The notes under the pieces are model-generated. The model made no database searches. It was not told the DNA's origin and saw only the letters and a list, made by a program, of their open reading frames with translations. A DNA stretch of 64,000 nt from Camelus ferus (taxonomy: Eukaryota): the NCBI RefSeq assembly GCF_009834535.1, contig NC_045697.1:115384001-115448000 (forward strand), given 5' to 3'. Positions within the stretch are counted from its first letter, which is position 1. The number at the start of each line of letters is the position of its first letter. Shown here in pieces: positions 1 through 12,067 of the stretch. A program made the position numbers and the translations under genes.

Positions 1-1289
1 TTATTCAGTCCTGTTTGTTGTTTCTGCTCACCTTAAGCATTAATTATAAACATAAGACAATCTTTGACAATCATTCTGCATATTCAAATGAAATTGTCAA
101 AATGATTAGAGTTTTCCTTATTCTTTACCACCAACCATGAAATAGTTCATTGCTTGATCAAAAGTCACTTGGGCATCTTACAATTCCAAGAATGCACAAA
201 ATAAATGAGAAACAGACAGACATAAAGATTAAAGTATAATACTTATATCATTATCATCTAATGCTAGAATAAATTGCTCAAAGGCCAACTAACAAGTTTC
301 ATAAAAATAATTAACACATTTGACCAGTTGTTTCAAGGGCTTATAACATAAAATGTGTTGATCTCAAGTTCACTTACACACAACGATAAATGAATCTAAG
401 AGAAGAGCATTAACAGTAAATATCTGCTGAAAAGTAATTTATAAATGTTTATACAAGTAGATTCTGGAGCTAAGCAACTTTAGTTTCAACAAACACTATG
501 ATTAAGATTTATAGATAAGTATGTAGTCAATTAAGAAAGGTATTGAGCATATAGGTTTTATTTAAAGTATTATTTCTAGATTTTTTTCAATTGCATTTCA
601 ATTCATGTGGAATATAAATTATTCTGAGTCAGGATTTATATGATTCTAACCTATATAACATAAAAGTTAATATTCAGTAATAATCCTTACTGTGAAGCTG
701 TAATGTTAAAATACTGTTTTTCTCATAACAAATTCCTAAGACACTTGCATTATTTATTTCTGAACAGTATTACTATGTTGGAAAAAATATATTACAAATA
801 AAACCTGTTTCAGCATTATTTAAACTATCTTCATGATCAATCAATTCCTTTATTTAAACTAGTTTGAAAGACCAATAAAACTCTCCTCCATTTTAATAAT
901 GTTTTAGTAAGACTTACGTTGATTTTTAGAGAAAAAAAAAAAAACCTTAAATTGCTCTGGGTAATAGGTAATGACAGCAAAATGCATAGGAAAGCAAGGA
1001 GTAACAGGAAAACTTCAGTAGCCAGAGAGCCAGGCCTGAGGACTATGATAAAGTTCGTCACTCCCAGTTGAGGACCATGGCAATAGGTTGAGACTGTACT
1101 TTGCTACTGGGTCACTCTACCTTCTGTCTACTGCTTTATTTATTTGTTTGTTTATTTATTCATTTATTCATCTATTCATTCATTCATTCATTCATTCCTT
1201 TTGGAATTTTTATTCCACAATGATGTTTCCATGAAGCTCTGCAGTACATGACAGATGTCTAGACTTACTGATTACAGAAGGGACATTTT

Positions 1290-1720
1290 CCTTACTGTAT
1301 TTATGGTCTAAGCCATTGGGAGGGATTGAGATTTAACTGTCACAACCAGTGAAAACTTGGGTGCAGAGCCAGGACCAAGGATGTGATTCTGTCTACTGAT
1401 TTAGCTGTGGTTTCTCAGCACCGTGCCCTTGGTTGACAGCCTTCTCTCTTGTCTTTTTATTTTTCTTCCACATGTTGCTTTTATTTGATTATTTCTGTCT
1501 GTCTTGGATTCAAGGTCCCCAAGAGAGATCGCCTGATTGGATCAATTTTGAACAATGGTAGACTTTAGGACAGAGCTCCCAGGTGCTCCCAGGTGGCCTA
1601 CAAAAGTCTGTCTCTAAGGGGAGTGCTGGTCCTTGGTCTAATTGGTTGTGATCTTCATGGTAGGATTATGTGGGACATCTCAGAAAGAGGTGGACCTAGG
1701 TGATCCGGTAGGTAGACCAG
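1290..1720. mobile_element. Highly degraded MaLR (MLT1-like) LTR fragment
   Basis: Contains 'cccaagagagatcgcctgattggatc...ggtctaattggttgtgatc', resembling old MLT1 LTR motifs; very diverged, boundaries uncertain. Confidence 0.35.
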
Positions 1721-4570
1721 TGGATCAGAACCTCTTAGGCTTTACTGAAACAGACAATGTAAATGATGAGCTCTTCGTAGATCTTCTCCAATACAGACGC
1801 GATGTTTTAGAAGTGACAGTGTCCAATCCAGCCTATTGTGCCTGTATTGGTAAGACTCCCCTTCTGTATTTCATCTATGTTGGAATGGAATAGAATAGAA
1901 TATCCAGAGCAAGATCTAAGAATTGGAAAAGAGCAATCAGGCATAGTGGCCTTCAGTAAAAATAATAGAATTAGGCAAGGTCAGGGAGTGATTTTTTTAT
2001 ATATGTGAAAAACCAAGTTATACTAGCACGAGTGACATGATTCTTGCAGGCAAGCACACTTTATAGCTCTAGGTAAAAAAAAAAATTAGCCCTTATGAGA
2101 AGATTTTTTTGTAAATGCTTCTTAGACAATATAAGAAAAAAAAAAAAGCAATCTCAAAAAAAAAACCCCGCAACTGAGAATCATTCCAAATTCTCTCATG
2201 CTTGCTTCTGCTCTAAAGTCTTAAATGTTTCTTCTTTTTATTCAAAAATAGACATTGGAAAGACAGGTGGAACACCAATGAACACAGTGGTGAGAAGTGA
2301 TAAAGTTCACATGACTTGGAATGGATAAGGGACTGGCTGATTTGGGGATGTAGGAGCAGTGGGCCAAATACATTCGGGCAGGAAGAAGGCTTTACAGAAC
2401 AGAAGGTGATAAGCAGAAAGGGGCAAGATGAGCAGGAGTGGACTCAGAGCGCAGTCACAGTCCGAATGGTGACAGGTGAACTCCTGCCTTTTTATCTGGT
2501 CATTAAGTGGCTGTGCATCCTCCTGTCTCTCCATGGCTTGGGTCTGATATCTGAACTATTTAATAAAGTTAAGCTTACATGATCTATTTCCTAGAGGAGG
2601 TGTTTGTGTCTTGGATGGACACTCAGAATGAAATACTTCCCTCTTCTTTCCAGTAATAGTTGGCAACAGAGGTAACTTATCTGGGGGGGTGGTGGATAGT
2701 ATGTTATCAGAGATTCATCAAATACACATGGCTGGAGAAGGAAAAAGAAGATGAGACTGCAGCCTCACCTTTCCCATAGCTAATGATCCAAGAGAAAAAG
2801 GGCCTACGGTGCAGGTAAGCTGGGCACGCACAGATGAACATAAAAGTCAGGGTTACTATTTTAAGAGCAGTGCATTTGGAGAAACTATGATCTTTCAACT
2901 TTTACTTGTAGAAGAAAAACATCCTTCTATATTGCCTTTGTACTGATTAACTATATGATGGTTGTAAACCTCCTTATCTTAGCTACCTTGATGTGTTCTA
3001 ACCATCCTTTCATGACACCCCCCATTTGAAGATGATAAAATCTACTAATTGGACCAGAACTGAAACTTGGAGTCCAGTCTATGTCTGAAGTGAGTTAAAA
3101 CACTTTATATTTCATCACATATTTGTCATCTTTTAGGTCTTCAATTACATGCCTAACACAAATATTTTGTTCATTTAGGGCTTAAATATTAAAAGATCTG
3201 TTTATTGAGTATATGTCTTTCAAAGCAAATACCTACATTGCTTGTCATGGATTGAAAACTGTTACCAAGTGAGATCACAGCAAATAAACTCCAGCGCCAT
3301 CCAGCCCCTGGAAACCAGGAAAGGAAATACAGGATCAATATACCCCTTAGCAGGTATTTCAGACTGTGAGTTGTATGACATTTTTCTAAAAAGCACAAAG
3401 AAAAACATTTGGATGATACATATACACTTAAGAAAAAGAGTTTTTATATATGACATAAAGGAATATTTTTATATTGTGATATATGGCAAAACATACCATT
3501 GCTCTCACTGTGGGGAATTAAAATATGTTAGGTACACACACATATACATATATATTGTATATACAATTATTTTATATACTCACCCTAATGTTTCAAACTT
3601 ATGAATTGCTAGAAATAGAAAAAAAGGAAACAATATTAATGAGCAGCCTGTGGACAATATCAATGGTAACATATTTTAAAGCTTAAATAAGAATTCTTTT
3701 TAAAGAATTATTTTTGCTATTTTTTTAAAAATATGAAATCTTGTTGCTTTTCTCTCCCAGATTCCTAGGATTGGGTGAATTAGGAGAGCTAACAGAGTGA
3801 TCATGGGCACTAAACTCAAAGAAAAATTTGAGCCCTAAAATCTGGCTTAGTTTTAAGCTGAGCCACTATTCTTTGATAATGGACCATTTGCGCTATGGGA
3901 AAAAAAAATAGCAGAAAAATGTATCTATCTTTTAGGCCATAAATGCTAGGCATCACAGTCAAAACAGCTCACATTTTTTCCACACTTAAACGTGTTTATT
4001 ACTTCCAGAGCAACCCAATACACGCTATATAAAATAAGAATATACTTCTCTATCACAGCAGTTAGTTTTGATGACTGTTCCCTCTCATAGTTTATACTTA
4101 GATATTTTCCCCTCCAGTAAAAGTCCTCTGATGTACTAGCGATGGTGTATGCAGAGTGAGTCTCCTTCTTTTCAAACACCTAACCGTTTTGTGTAAAAAC
4201 ACAGACTTACAGAGAAATTTGTTAAATATGTATTCTACTAAGGTCAAGAAGAGCTATAAGCCTTTTTTAAAAATTATGAGCATTAGGTAAAGCAGATTAT
4301 TTCTATAGTCCTTGTGGTTTAATGAGACTTTTGAAAATAACATGTTTAGCTTGTGGAACCATATATTTTAACAATATTAAATATTAAATATTAAATATAT
4401 GCTTGGCCTTGTTTGTGTGGACATTATTTATCCACAGCCTGGAAACAATTAAAAAAAAAACTAAACTGACTATAACTCAATAAAAAAATGTTTAAAAATT
4501 TTTTTAAAAATTGAGATAGGTTATCTTTTTTGATCATAAGAGGTCAAAATGAAAATAAAGTGCAATGATC

Positions 4571-4620
4571 ATAAATAAATAAATAAATAAATAAATAAAT
4601 ACATACATACATACATACAT
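4571..4620 (+). repeat. Compound (TAAA)n/(TACA)n microsatellite
   Basis: ataaataaat... runs directly into acatacatacat. Confidence 0.95.
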
Positions 4621-4899
4621 TCATACACTCTAGGGCAATGGACATGTCACATATCAAACTCCTAGGGCTGCAAAGCCAAGAAAGTAGTAAACTCAGATAG
4701 ACAAAGGCTACATCCATACATATAGTTTGAAGCAAAGTTTGAGACATCTAGACAACCAAAAATACTTCAACTTTTCTAAGAAGATCAGGTACAAAAGGTA
4801 GGAGTAAAATTTCACTCGAATTGACTTGGACACAACATCAATTGCCCCTTGGAAGACATTGCCAGGCTTTCAAAATACTGCTTTAAAAATAACATTCTG

Positions 4900-5050
4900 A
4901 AAAGAAAAAAATATATATAGACATGTATGTATCTGTATAACTGAATCACTTTGCTGTACACCTGAAACTAACATTGTAAATCCACTATGCTTCAATAAAA
5001 ATTTTTTTTAAAAAATTAAAAATTAAAATCAGATAAATAAATAAATAAAC
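4900..5050 (+). mobile_element. L1 extreme 3' end fragment
   Basis: 'ataactgaatcactttgctgtacacctgaaactaacattgtaaatccactatgcttcaataaaa' followed by an A-rich tail; same 3' terminus as the other L1s in the window. Confidence 0.85.
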
Positions 5051-6220
5051 CCACGGTTTTGGCAACATTAACTTCAATCATTTTTTTCCAGCCAATTTAT
5101 TAATCAAAGTAATTTTAATAAAATATTATAGTTAAAAATATAACACTGCATCTTTAGAATGTATTTCCATTTTTCATGTGCATATTTCTCAATAATTAGG
5201 ACCATGCATTATGTAAAAATGGGCCAGGTGATTGCAAATCTGCAAGACATTGAAGTTCACTTTACTGCTTCTAAGCAGCACATCTTTTTAGCTATGACCA
5301 TTTATAACATTTTGAAACTCCTGCTATTAAAAGAAATCATACTCTGATTCTTGACTTCCCCTAGCCCACTCAGGAGCATTGCTTACATATTATCAAGATG
5401 AAATTCTGTCCAATGAGAAGCGCTTAAGCAGAAAATCTCTTCTGCTAACACAGTTGACTTGGCAAGTACATGGCCTGTATAAAAAGGAAAGTTTACAAAT
5501 ATTCAGTATTTGTTATTTCCAACACTTTGAGTTAAATATTTCTAGTATGCTATGTTAGAGGAAAAAGAAAATGATGTCAGTCATATATTTGTGAAATAAA
5601 TATTGATACTTTCCAGAAATATATGACATCAAAATTCAGCATTTTGTTTGACGGAAAAGAAATAGAAATTTTGGCAACTATGAGCATCTACTCCTTGTAA
5701 ACATTGGAATTACAAAACTTAAGGTCGTTTTTTATTTTCCTCCAAGCAAAATAAAGTGCATTTGATATTTATTCATGGAAGTCAGAGGGGAAAAATTCTG
5801 GCATCCTTTATTTAATATGTCTTTTTTTCCTCTCTTGCCACACTTAGGCTTAGACTTACATCATTCTGCTGTGATTCTCTATTACGAGATGGAAATGTAG
5901 CTTGGCTTTAAACGAACAATCCTTAAACATAAAATTGTGCTTGATCTTTCTTCTACTTGCATTAACAAAGGACGTGAAGGAAGACATAACTCCAGACGTA
6001 TAGCTTGCACCTGTAGAAGAATTTGTGCGAAGCAAGAATTTGGCTTTTGTTCAAATTGGAAGGCCATCTTTTGATAATGGACAATTTGCTTGGAAATAAA
6101 GAATTTGAATGCATAGTATGCACTCATGTTACTTTGTTTTCAGATTCAGTCAAAGCAGCATAGAATGAAGTTTACTTTCCTATTAAAGAAAAAGAAATTG
6201 GTCTAACTCATTGTATAGGT

Positions 6221-7645
6221 CATTATTATCCTTATACCAAAACCAAAGGCACCACAAGAAAAGATAACTACAAGCCAATATCTCCTATAAATATAGGCAT
6301 AAAAAGCCTCAATAAAATACTAGCAAAGCACATCGAGCAGCATATAAAAATAACTATACAAAATGATCTAGTAGGATATATTCCTAGAATGCAAGTTTGG
6401 AAGAACATCAAAAAACTACTTATTCTTTTTTGTTGTTTTTATTGGGGGGAGGGGAGGAAGGCAATTAGATTTGTTTATTTATTTTTTTAATGAAGGCCTG
6501 CTGATTAAACTCAGGACCTAATTCATGCTAAGCATGCACTTTACCACTTAAGTTATACCCTCCCCCTCTCAAGAATCATTTATTCTAATGCAATCAACAG
6601 AATTAAAAAAATATATGATTGTCTCATTGCACACAAAAACAGATTTTGATGAAATTCAACATCTTTTCATAATGAAATTCATTATTTCATGAAATACTAG
6701 AACTTTCTCCCTAAGACTAGGAAAAAGAAAAGATATATGCTCTCTCTACTTCTGCAAAACGTTATACTGAAAGTTCTAACTAGGATCATTCAAGAAGACA
6801 AAACAATGAAACATTCATTTGCAAGGAAAAAAGTAGTTATTTCTAGTTGCAGATGATATGTTTATTCATATAGAAAATTCTAAGAAATCCAATACAAATG
6901 TTTAGATGATACAAATAAGTTCAGCACATTTGCAGGACATAAGATCAATATACAAAATTCAATTCTATTTCAATACATTTATAATGAACAATCTGAAAAT
7001 GAAATTAAGAAAACAATTTACAACAGTATCAAAACAATAAAACACTTAGGAATAAATTTAACAAAAGAAATGCAAAACCTGTTCTGAAATTTGAAAATAC
7101 TGTTGAAAAAAATTAGAGAAGAGCTAAATAAATGGAAAAATATTCCATGTTTATGCATCAATAGGTTTAATATTATGAAGATGACAATATTCCCTAGGTT
7201 GATGTACAGATTTGATACAAATCTTATCAGAATCCCACCTGAAAAATTTGTAGAAATGAACTAGCTGATTCTAAATTTCAGACAGAAATCCAATGGACCC
7301 AGAATAGCAAAACAATCTTGAAAAAAAAAAAAAAGGATAAAGTAGGAGGACTTACATTTCTTGATTTCAAAACTTAATTCAAAGCAGAAGTAATCAGGTC
7401 AGTGTGGTACTGATATATTGATAGAGACACAGATCAATGGAATAGAATTATAGGTGCAGAAGTAAATCCACGTGTCTATGGTTAACAGATTTTTGATAAG
7501 GGTGTCAAAAAATCAACAGGGAAAGAATATTTTTTTTCAGTAAACAATGCTGGTATAACTGGAGAAGCACATTCGATTCAATAAAATTAGACCCTTACTT
7601 CACCCCATGTATAAAAATTAACTCAAAATTGATCAAAGGCCCAAG
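6221..7645 (+). mobile_element. L1 ORF2 internal fragment (decayed, interrupted by a SINE)
   Basis: L1 ORF2 motifs: 'ataccaaaacca..aactacaagccaatatctc', 'ttgcagatgatatg' (RT FADD-like region), 'gatcaatggaatagaat', 'aaaattaactcaaaattgatcaaag'; many stops and frameshifts. Confidence 0.9.
6428..6565 (-). mobile_element. Vic-1-like camelid tRNA-derived SINE inserted in L1
   Basis: Reverse complement reads ggggagggtataacttaagtggtaaagtgcatgcttagcatg...ggtcctgagtttaatc; flanked by diverged repeats aaaaactacttattct / aagaatcatttattct. Confidence 0.85.
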
Positions 7646-7789
7646 CTTAAATAAACTGTCCAGAATAGACAAATACATAGAGAAAGCAAGTAAATTAGCA
7701 GTTGAGGGACTCAGGTCTGTGTGATTCATGTGGAATAGGATAATTAAATTGTATCTTTTTATTTTTCTTCCAAAAAGATTTCAGCCACA

Positions 7790-10150
7790 GAAGAGACTGT
7801 CTATGACGGAAGACTCAGTCCAGTGTAACAATATACAGATTGTGACTGAGACATACTTATATCCATCAGACAGAGGAAGTTGTGTGGAGTCCATTTGCCA
7901 GAACTTGAAGGGTCCATTAGGCAGTTTAAAGTGTCTAGGAGCAGGATAAACAGGCTTCCCTGGTTGTACTTTGGACAAATGGGACAAGGGAGGTAGGTAT
8001 TTTTCACAGCCTTATTAATATTTCCCCTCCATGTTGCTTCCACAACGTTCCAAAATCACAAACTATTCTGAAAGCAGATCTACTACCTGTGTAAATATTG
8101 GTAGTTTAGCACACCAAGTGCAAGACTGTGTCTGAGCATATAATTCAGCCTGTTGAGCCAAAGTAGCCGTAGGTAAAGCTGCTGCCTTAACAGCATCAAA
8201 AGGCACTGCAATGGCATCATTGCCTTTTAAATAAGAACTATCAATGAACCGTGAGAAGTTGGCATTACCCAAAGGAATCTCCCGCAGATCACTGTGAGGA
8301 GTCAGGAGGTGACCCATCAGCGCTGAGCAGTTGAGAAGGACTTCAGCAGTGATGGGGAAGAAAAAAGGATATTAGGGTTAGAGTTACTATGTAAAAGAGT
8401 TATCTGAGGAGCAGTTAGCAAAAGGACTTCTTAGGAGGTGCGGAGGTTGACTGAAAATTGTTGAGAGTTATGAGAAATTCAGGAAGACTTCTACTGCATG
8501 AAATACAAAAATGGCCGCAGGGAATCCCACACTAATTTTCTTGGTGACCTTAACCAAAAGGATGATGGCTCTAAGGCAAGGGAAATTTTCTCCTGTCACT
8601 GGGTCCAGTTATTGGCTGTAATACTCGATGAGTCGATGGTGGTCCCCACCTTTTGAGTGAATACCCCAAGGACATCCCCCCTTTTCATACATGAAAAGGA
8701 AAAAGAGAATCATAATTCAGAAGCCCAAAGGCAGGTGGTTTCATCGAACTCTCCCTTAAGACCTCAAAGGCTATGTTGTCCTGTTCTTCCTACAAAACTG
8801 AGTTGGGGTTGTGGTTGTTGAATAAAACATATAGAGGTTTGACTATAAAGGAGAAATATGGAATTCAATTTTGGCAATAACCAACAAGTTTTTTCTGAGA
8901 AAAACTCCCAGCTACAACTTACTTTTGAGTTTTGGGAAACTTAGAACACCATGAATTTGATGTGGCTCTGGGTGTAGCCCTTGTTCTGACATCAAATGCC
9001 CTAAATATCAAATGTGGGTTTGAACAAATTGCAATTTTTTTCCCAGGTGACTTCATGTCCCTTTAAGGCTAAAAGCTTTAACAAGTAGATGCTGTTTTCC
9101 TGTGAGGAGGCTTGAGAAGGAGAGAAAAGAACCAAATCATCCACATATTGCAGCAAAGGAGAACCCCTAGGGAACTCTATATCACCCAGATCGGCCTGCA
9201 GGATTTATGAGAAATAAGAAGGACTCTCAGTAAATCCCTGAGGCATTACTGTCTAGGTAGATTGGTTTTCTTCCCAAGTGAAGGCAAAAAGGTATTGGCT
9301 AACTTCATCAACTAAACCACTGAAGAAGGTGCTGCATGAAACAATTACTGTAAGTAATTTGCTTCCAGTGGGAATGGATTTTAGGAGGGTATGAGATTAG
9401 GAGCAATAGGCTGTCCAGGAATAACAATGTTGTTTACTGCTCAGAGGTCCTGGACAAACCTCCAACCTCAGCCTTCAGCTTTTCTCACTGGTGAAACTGG
9501 AGTGTGACAGGGATTAGTAAAAGGGATAATGAAGCCTTGAACCTCCTAATCTCCTATTACAGTCTTTTTATCTTGAAGGACTTCTTTAATTACAGGATAT
9601 TGATTAATTCTGGGGAGAGATTGTGATTAATTCTGGGGAGAGATCTATTTGAATCCGATGGGAGGTGCTGTGAGTTTTTCTGATATTAGTTGGAGATTTT
9701 GCCCATATGGAGGTTGGGAGCAGATTCAACTGGCAAAGGTTCAGTATTTCCACAATCACCTCTAGTATCATCAGAGACAGAATTAGTAAAAGATGACAAG
9801 GGGTCATTTATTTCACCTTGTTGGCTGCTTTGATGACCACTGTCGAATCCTAGAATCATTTCCCCCTTTTGGGAGGGAAAAATTCTGCCATGATACTATT
9901 CTCACCTAATAAATGGATAGATGTGGAGGAACTCAGGAGGAAAGAGTGAGTACCTCTCAAAGGGGCTAAGCAAACAGGGAGAAGTTCAGAGAGGAACCTC
10001 TTGAAGTTCATTACAGATTCCCCAACATTTGAACTGTTTCAGTACTTCAAAACAGAAACTGTTTTATGGCAGTGGGGTTGAGCACAAAGAGTATGGCTCT
10101 AGTGTCAATTAGGACTGGAGGAGATTCATCCCTAATCTGGAGAAATGTTT
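7790..10150 (-). pseudogene. pol: ERV pro-pol pseudogene (protease, RT, RNase H, N-terminal integrase)
   Basis: Catalytic motifs in the canonical retroviral order, broken by stops, frameshifts and a 23-bp tandem duplication at 9601-9644. Confidence 0.9.
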
Positions 10151-10199
10151 CTCCAAGCCAATTAAGAGCGGAGAGTGGAAAAGCCCCTTCAGTTGCTCA

Positions 10200-11530
10200 G
10201 AATCCCATCACTGAGAATTGAGAGTAGTTTGGCAAGTCCGGTTAGAGGGCTGAAGATGCCTAAAGCACTTAACTTTGTAACAAGCTCTTCTCCAAAGTTG
10301 ACTCTTTTCAATAATAGCAGAAACCATAAGGGCTTTTGTTTTATTGGGAGATTTTCCTTTGCTAGAGTTGAAGATTAAGAATTTTTGATGGTTTTCCTTT
10401 GAGGTGACTCATCTAGATTATGGTTATAAACCTGGAGTGGACATAATTTCACATTCCTTCCTGGTCCCTTTTACTAGAAAGAAAAAGTCTGAAGGAAGGC
10501 CAGAATTTTCTTTAATAATAATCTGAAGTTGACTATAATAATTATGAACAGATTTCATCAGATTTTTGTGTGCAAACCTGAATTTTGTTCCAATTAACAA
10601 GCTTTGGAAAAGCCCTAAGAATTTGCTCTGTGAAGCTGCCTAGCACTTGCCTGAGCCTGCTCATATATATAAGTTAGTGTCTGGTCTTCCAGGCGTAATT
10701 CTAGAGACCTGCCAGGACTTTCCAAATTAGTGGGTTTCATCCAATGCTGGGTCTGGCCTTCACTGACAAGCATATGAACTCACTGATATAAGTCAGAGAA
10801 ATCAGATTGATAATTTGAATGACTATATTAAATTCCTCAGCAAATCTGTGAGAATCTTGGGTTACTTTGGGAAAATCTGTGGTTCACAGTTCAGCCTTAG
10901 TCCATGGAATATGAGAAATAAAGTGTTTATACTCTGGATCCTCAGAATGCTTAATTTTAAATGAGTATATCCTACTAGGTTTAGAGGAAAAAGGGGTTGA
11001 GATGAGTTTCAAAGAAAGAGGAAAATTTGGTGAGAGAATTATTAGTATGGGGGAACTTTGGGTATAGAGGAGGTGTAGTCTGCAGAGAAGGGAAGGAGGA
11101 AATGGGTGTCGAGGTGGGGCCTGAGACAAAGGTGCTGGGGAAGAAAAGCCTGAGGCTTTAGAAGCCATCTTTTCTTTCTTTAATTTTTTTTTTTTTTTTT
11201 TTTGCCTCAGTTAATCATAAAGTCTTATTTTTCGGAGTGACAATTCTAGGCTTCTGAAATCATTGAGAGGCTTCAAAATACCAATTGAAATAGGTATTTC
11301 ATTCAATTTGGGAAATTTTAGATCAATGGTAGAACAACTGGTTTTTAAAAAAGTAAGTTTGGGGATTTCAAAAATTCCTTTTATGGCCACTGAGTCCAAA
11401 TTGCCTCTGATTAATTCTGGCCATTTAGTTGGGAATGTATATGAGGAAAAGCCACTGTTGTTAAATATAAAATCAGCTGGTGCTCCTGTAGGTGGGAACT
11501 ACTCAAAATATTTTGCTAACTGGTATCCTA
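10200..11530 (-). pseudogene. gag: ERV gag pseudogene
   Basis: Matrix-like GIFEIPKLTFLK (ORF 11211-11399), Pro-rich spacer and YIPWTKAEL-like capsid start (ORF 10884-11168), lying between leader and protease. Confidence 0.75.
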
Positions 11531-12067
11531 TTTTCAGAGGTTTTTCTCTAGATTAAAAGACTAATTTTCCAACAACCTAAATAGCACGCAACTCAAACAG
11601 CAACCTGCAGGTCTAGTACCAGCCAGTTCTAAGGGGACAGTCTGGTTCTGAAGGGGCCAGGCTGAAGGCTGCTCAGCACAGCTTTAAGGGAACAGCCTAA
11701 TTCTGAAGGAATCAGGCCAAGGGCTTAACGGTACAGCTCCAATGAAACAACCCCTGTTCCTGAAAGAATGGGCTGAAGTCCTGTGAGTTTCAGTTGGAAT
11801 ACCCTGATTTCAAAAGTCAGACGAAGGTGCCAAGTGAGTACAAGAAGACAGAACAAGGCCTTAAACTAAAAGGATAAAACCTTAAAAATTGATCTAAATT
11901 GATCCCAAGTAAAACCTGGTGAGCTTCAAAATGCAAAGAACGTGGAAGCTCAAAATCAGAGGAAGGACTTATTTACCTTAAAACCCCAGGGTCAGTGAGA
12001 AAAGCAATGAGTGGCAACGGGCTCTATGTGGGCACTGCACCTGTGTGCTCAGCAGCCTTGGAATAAC

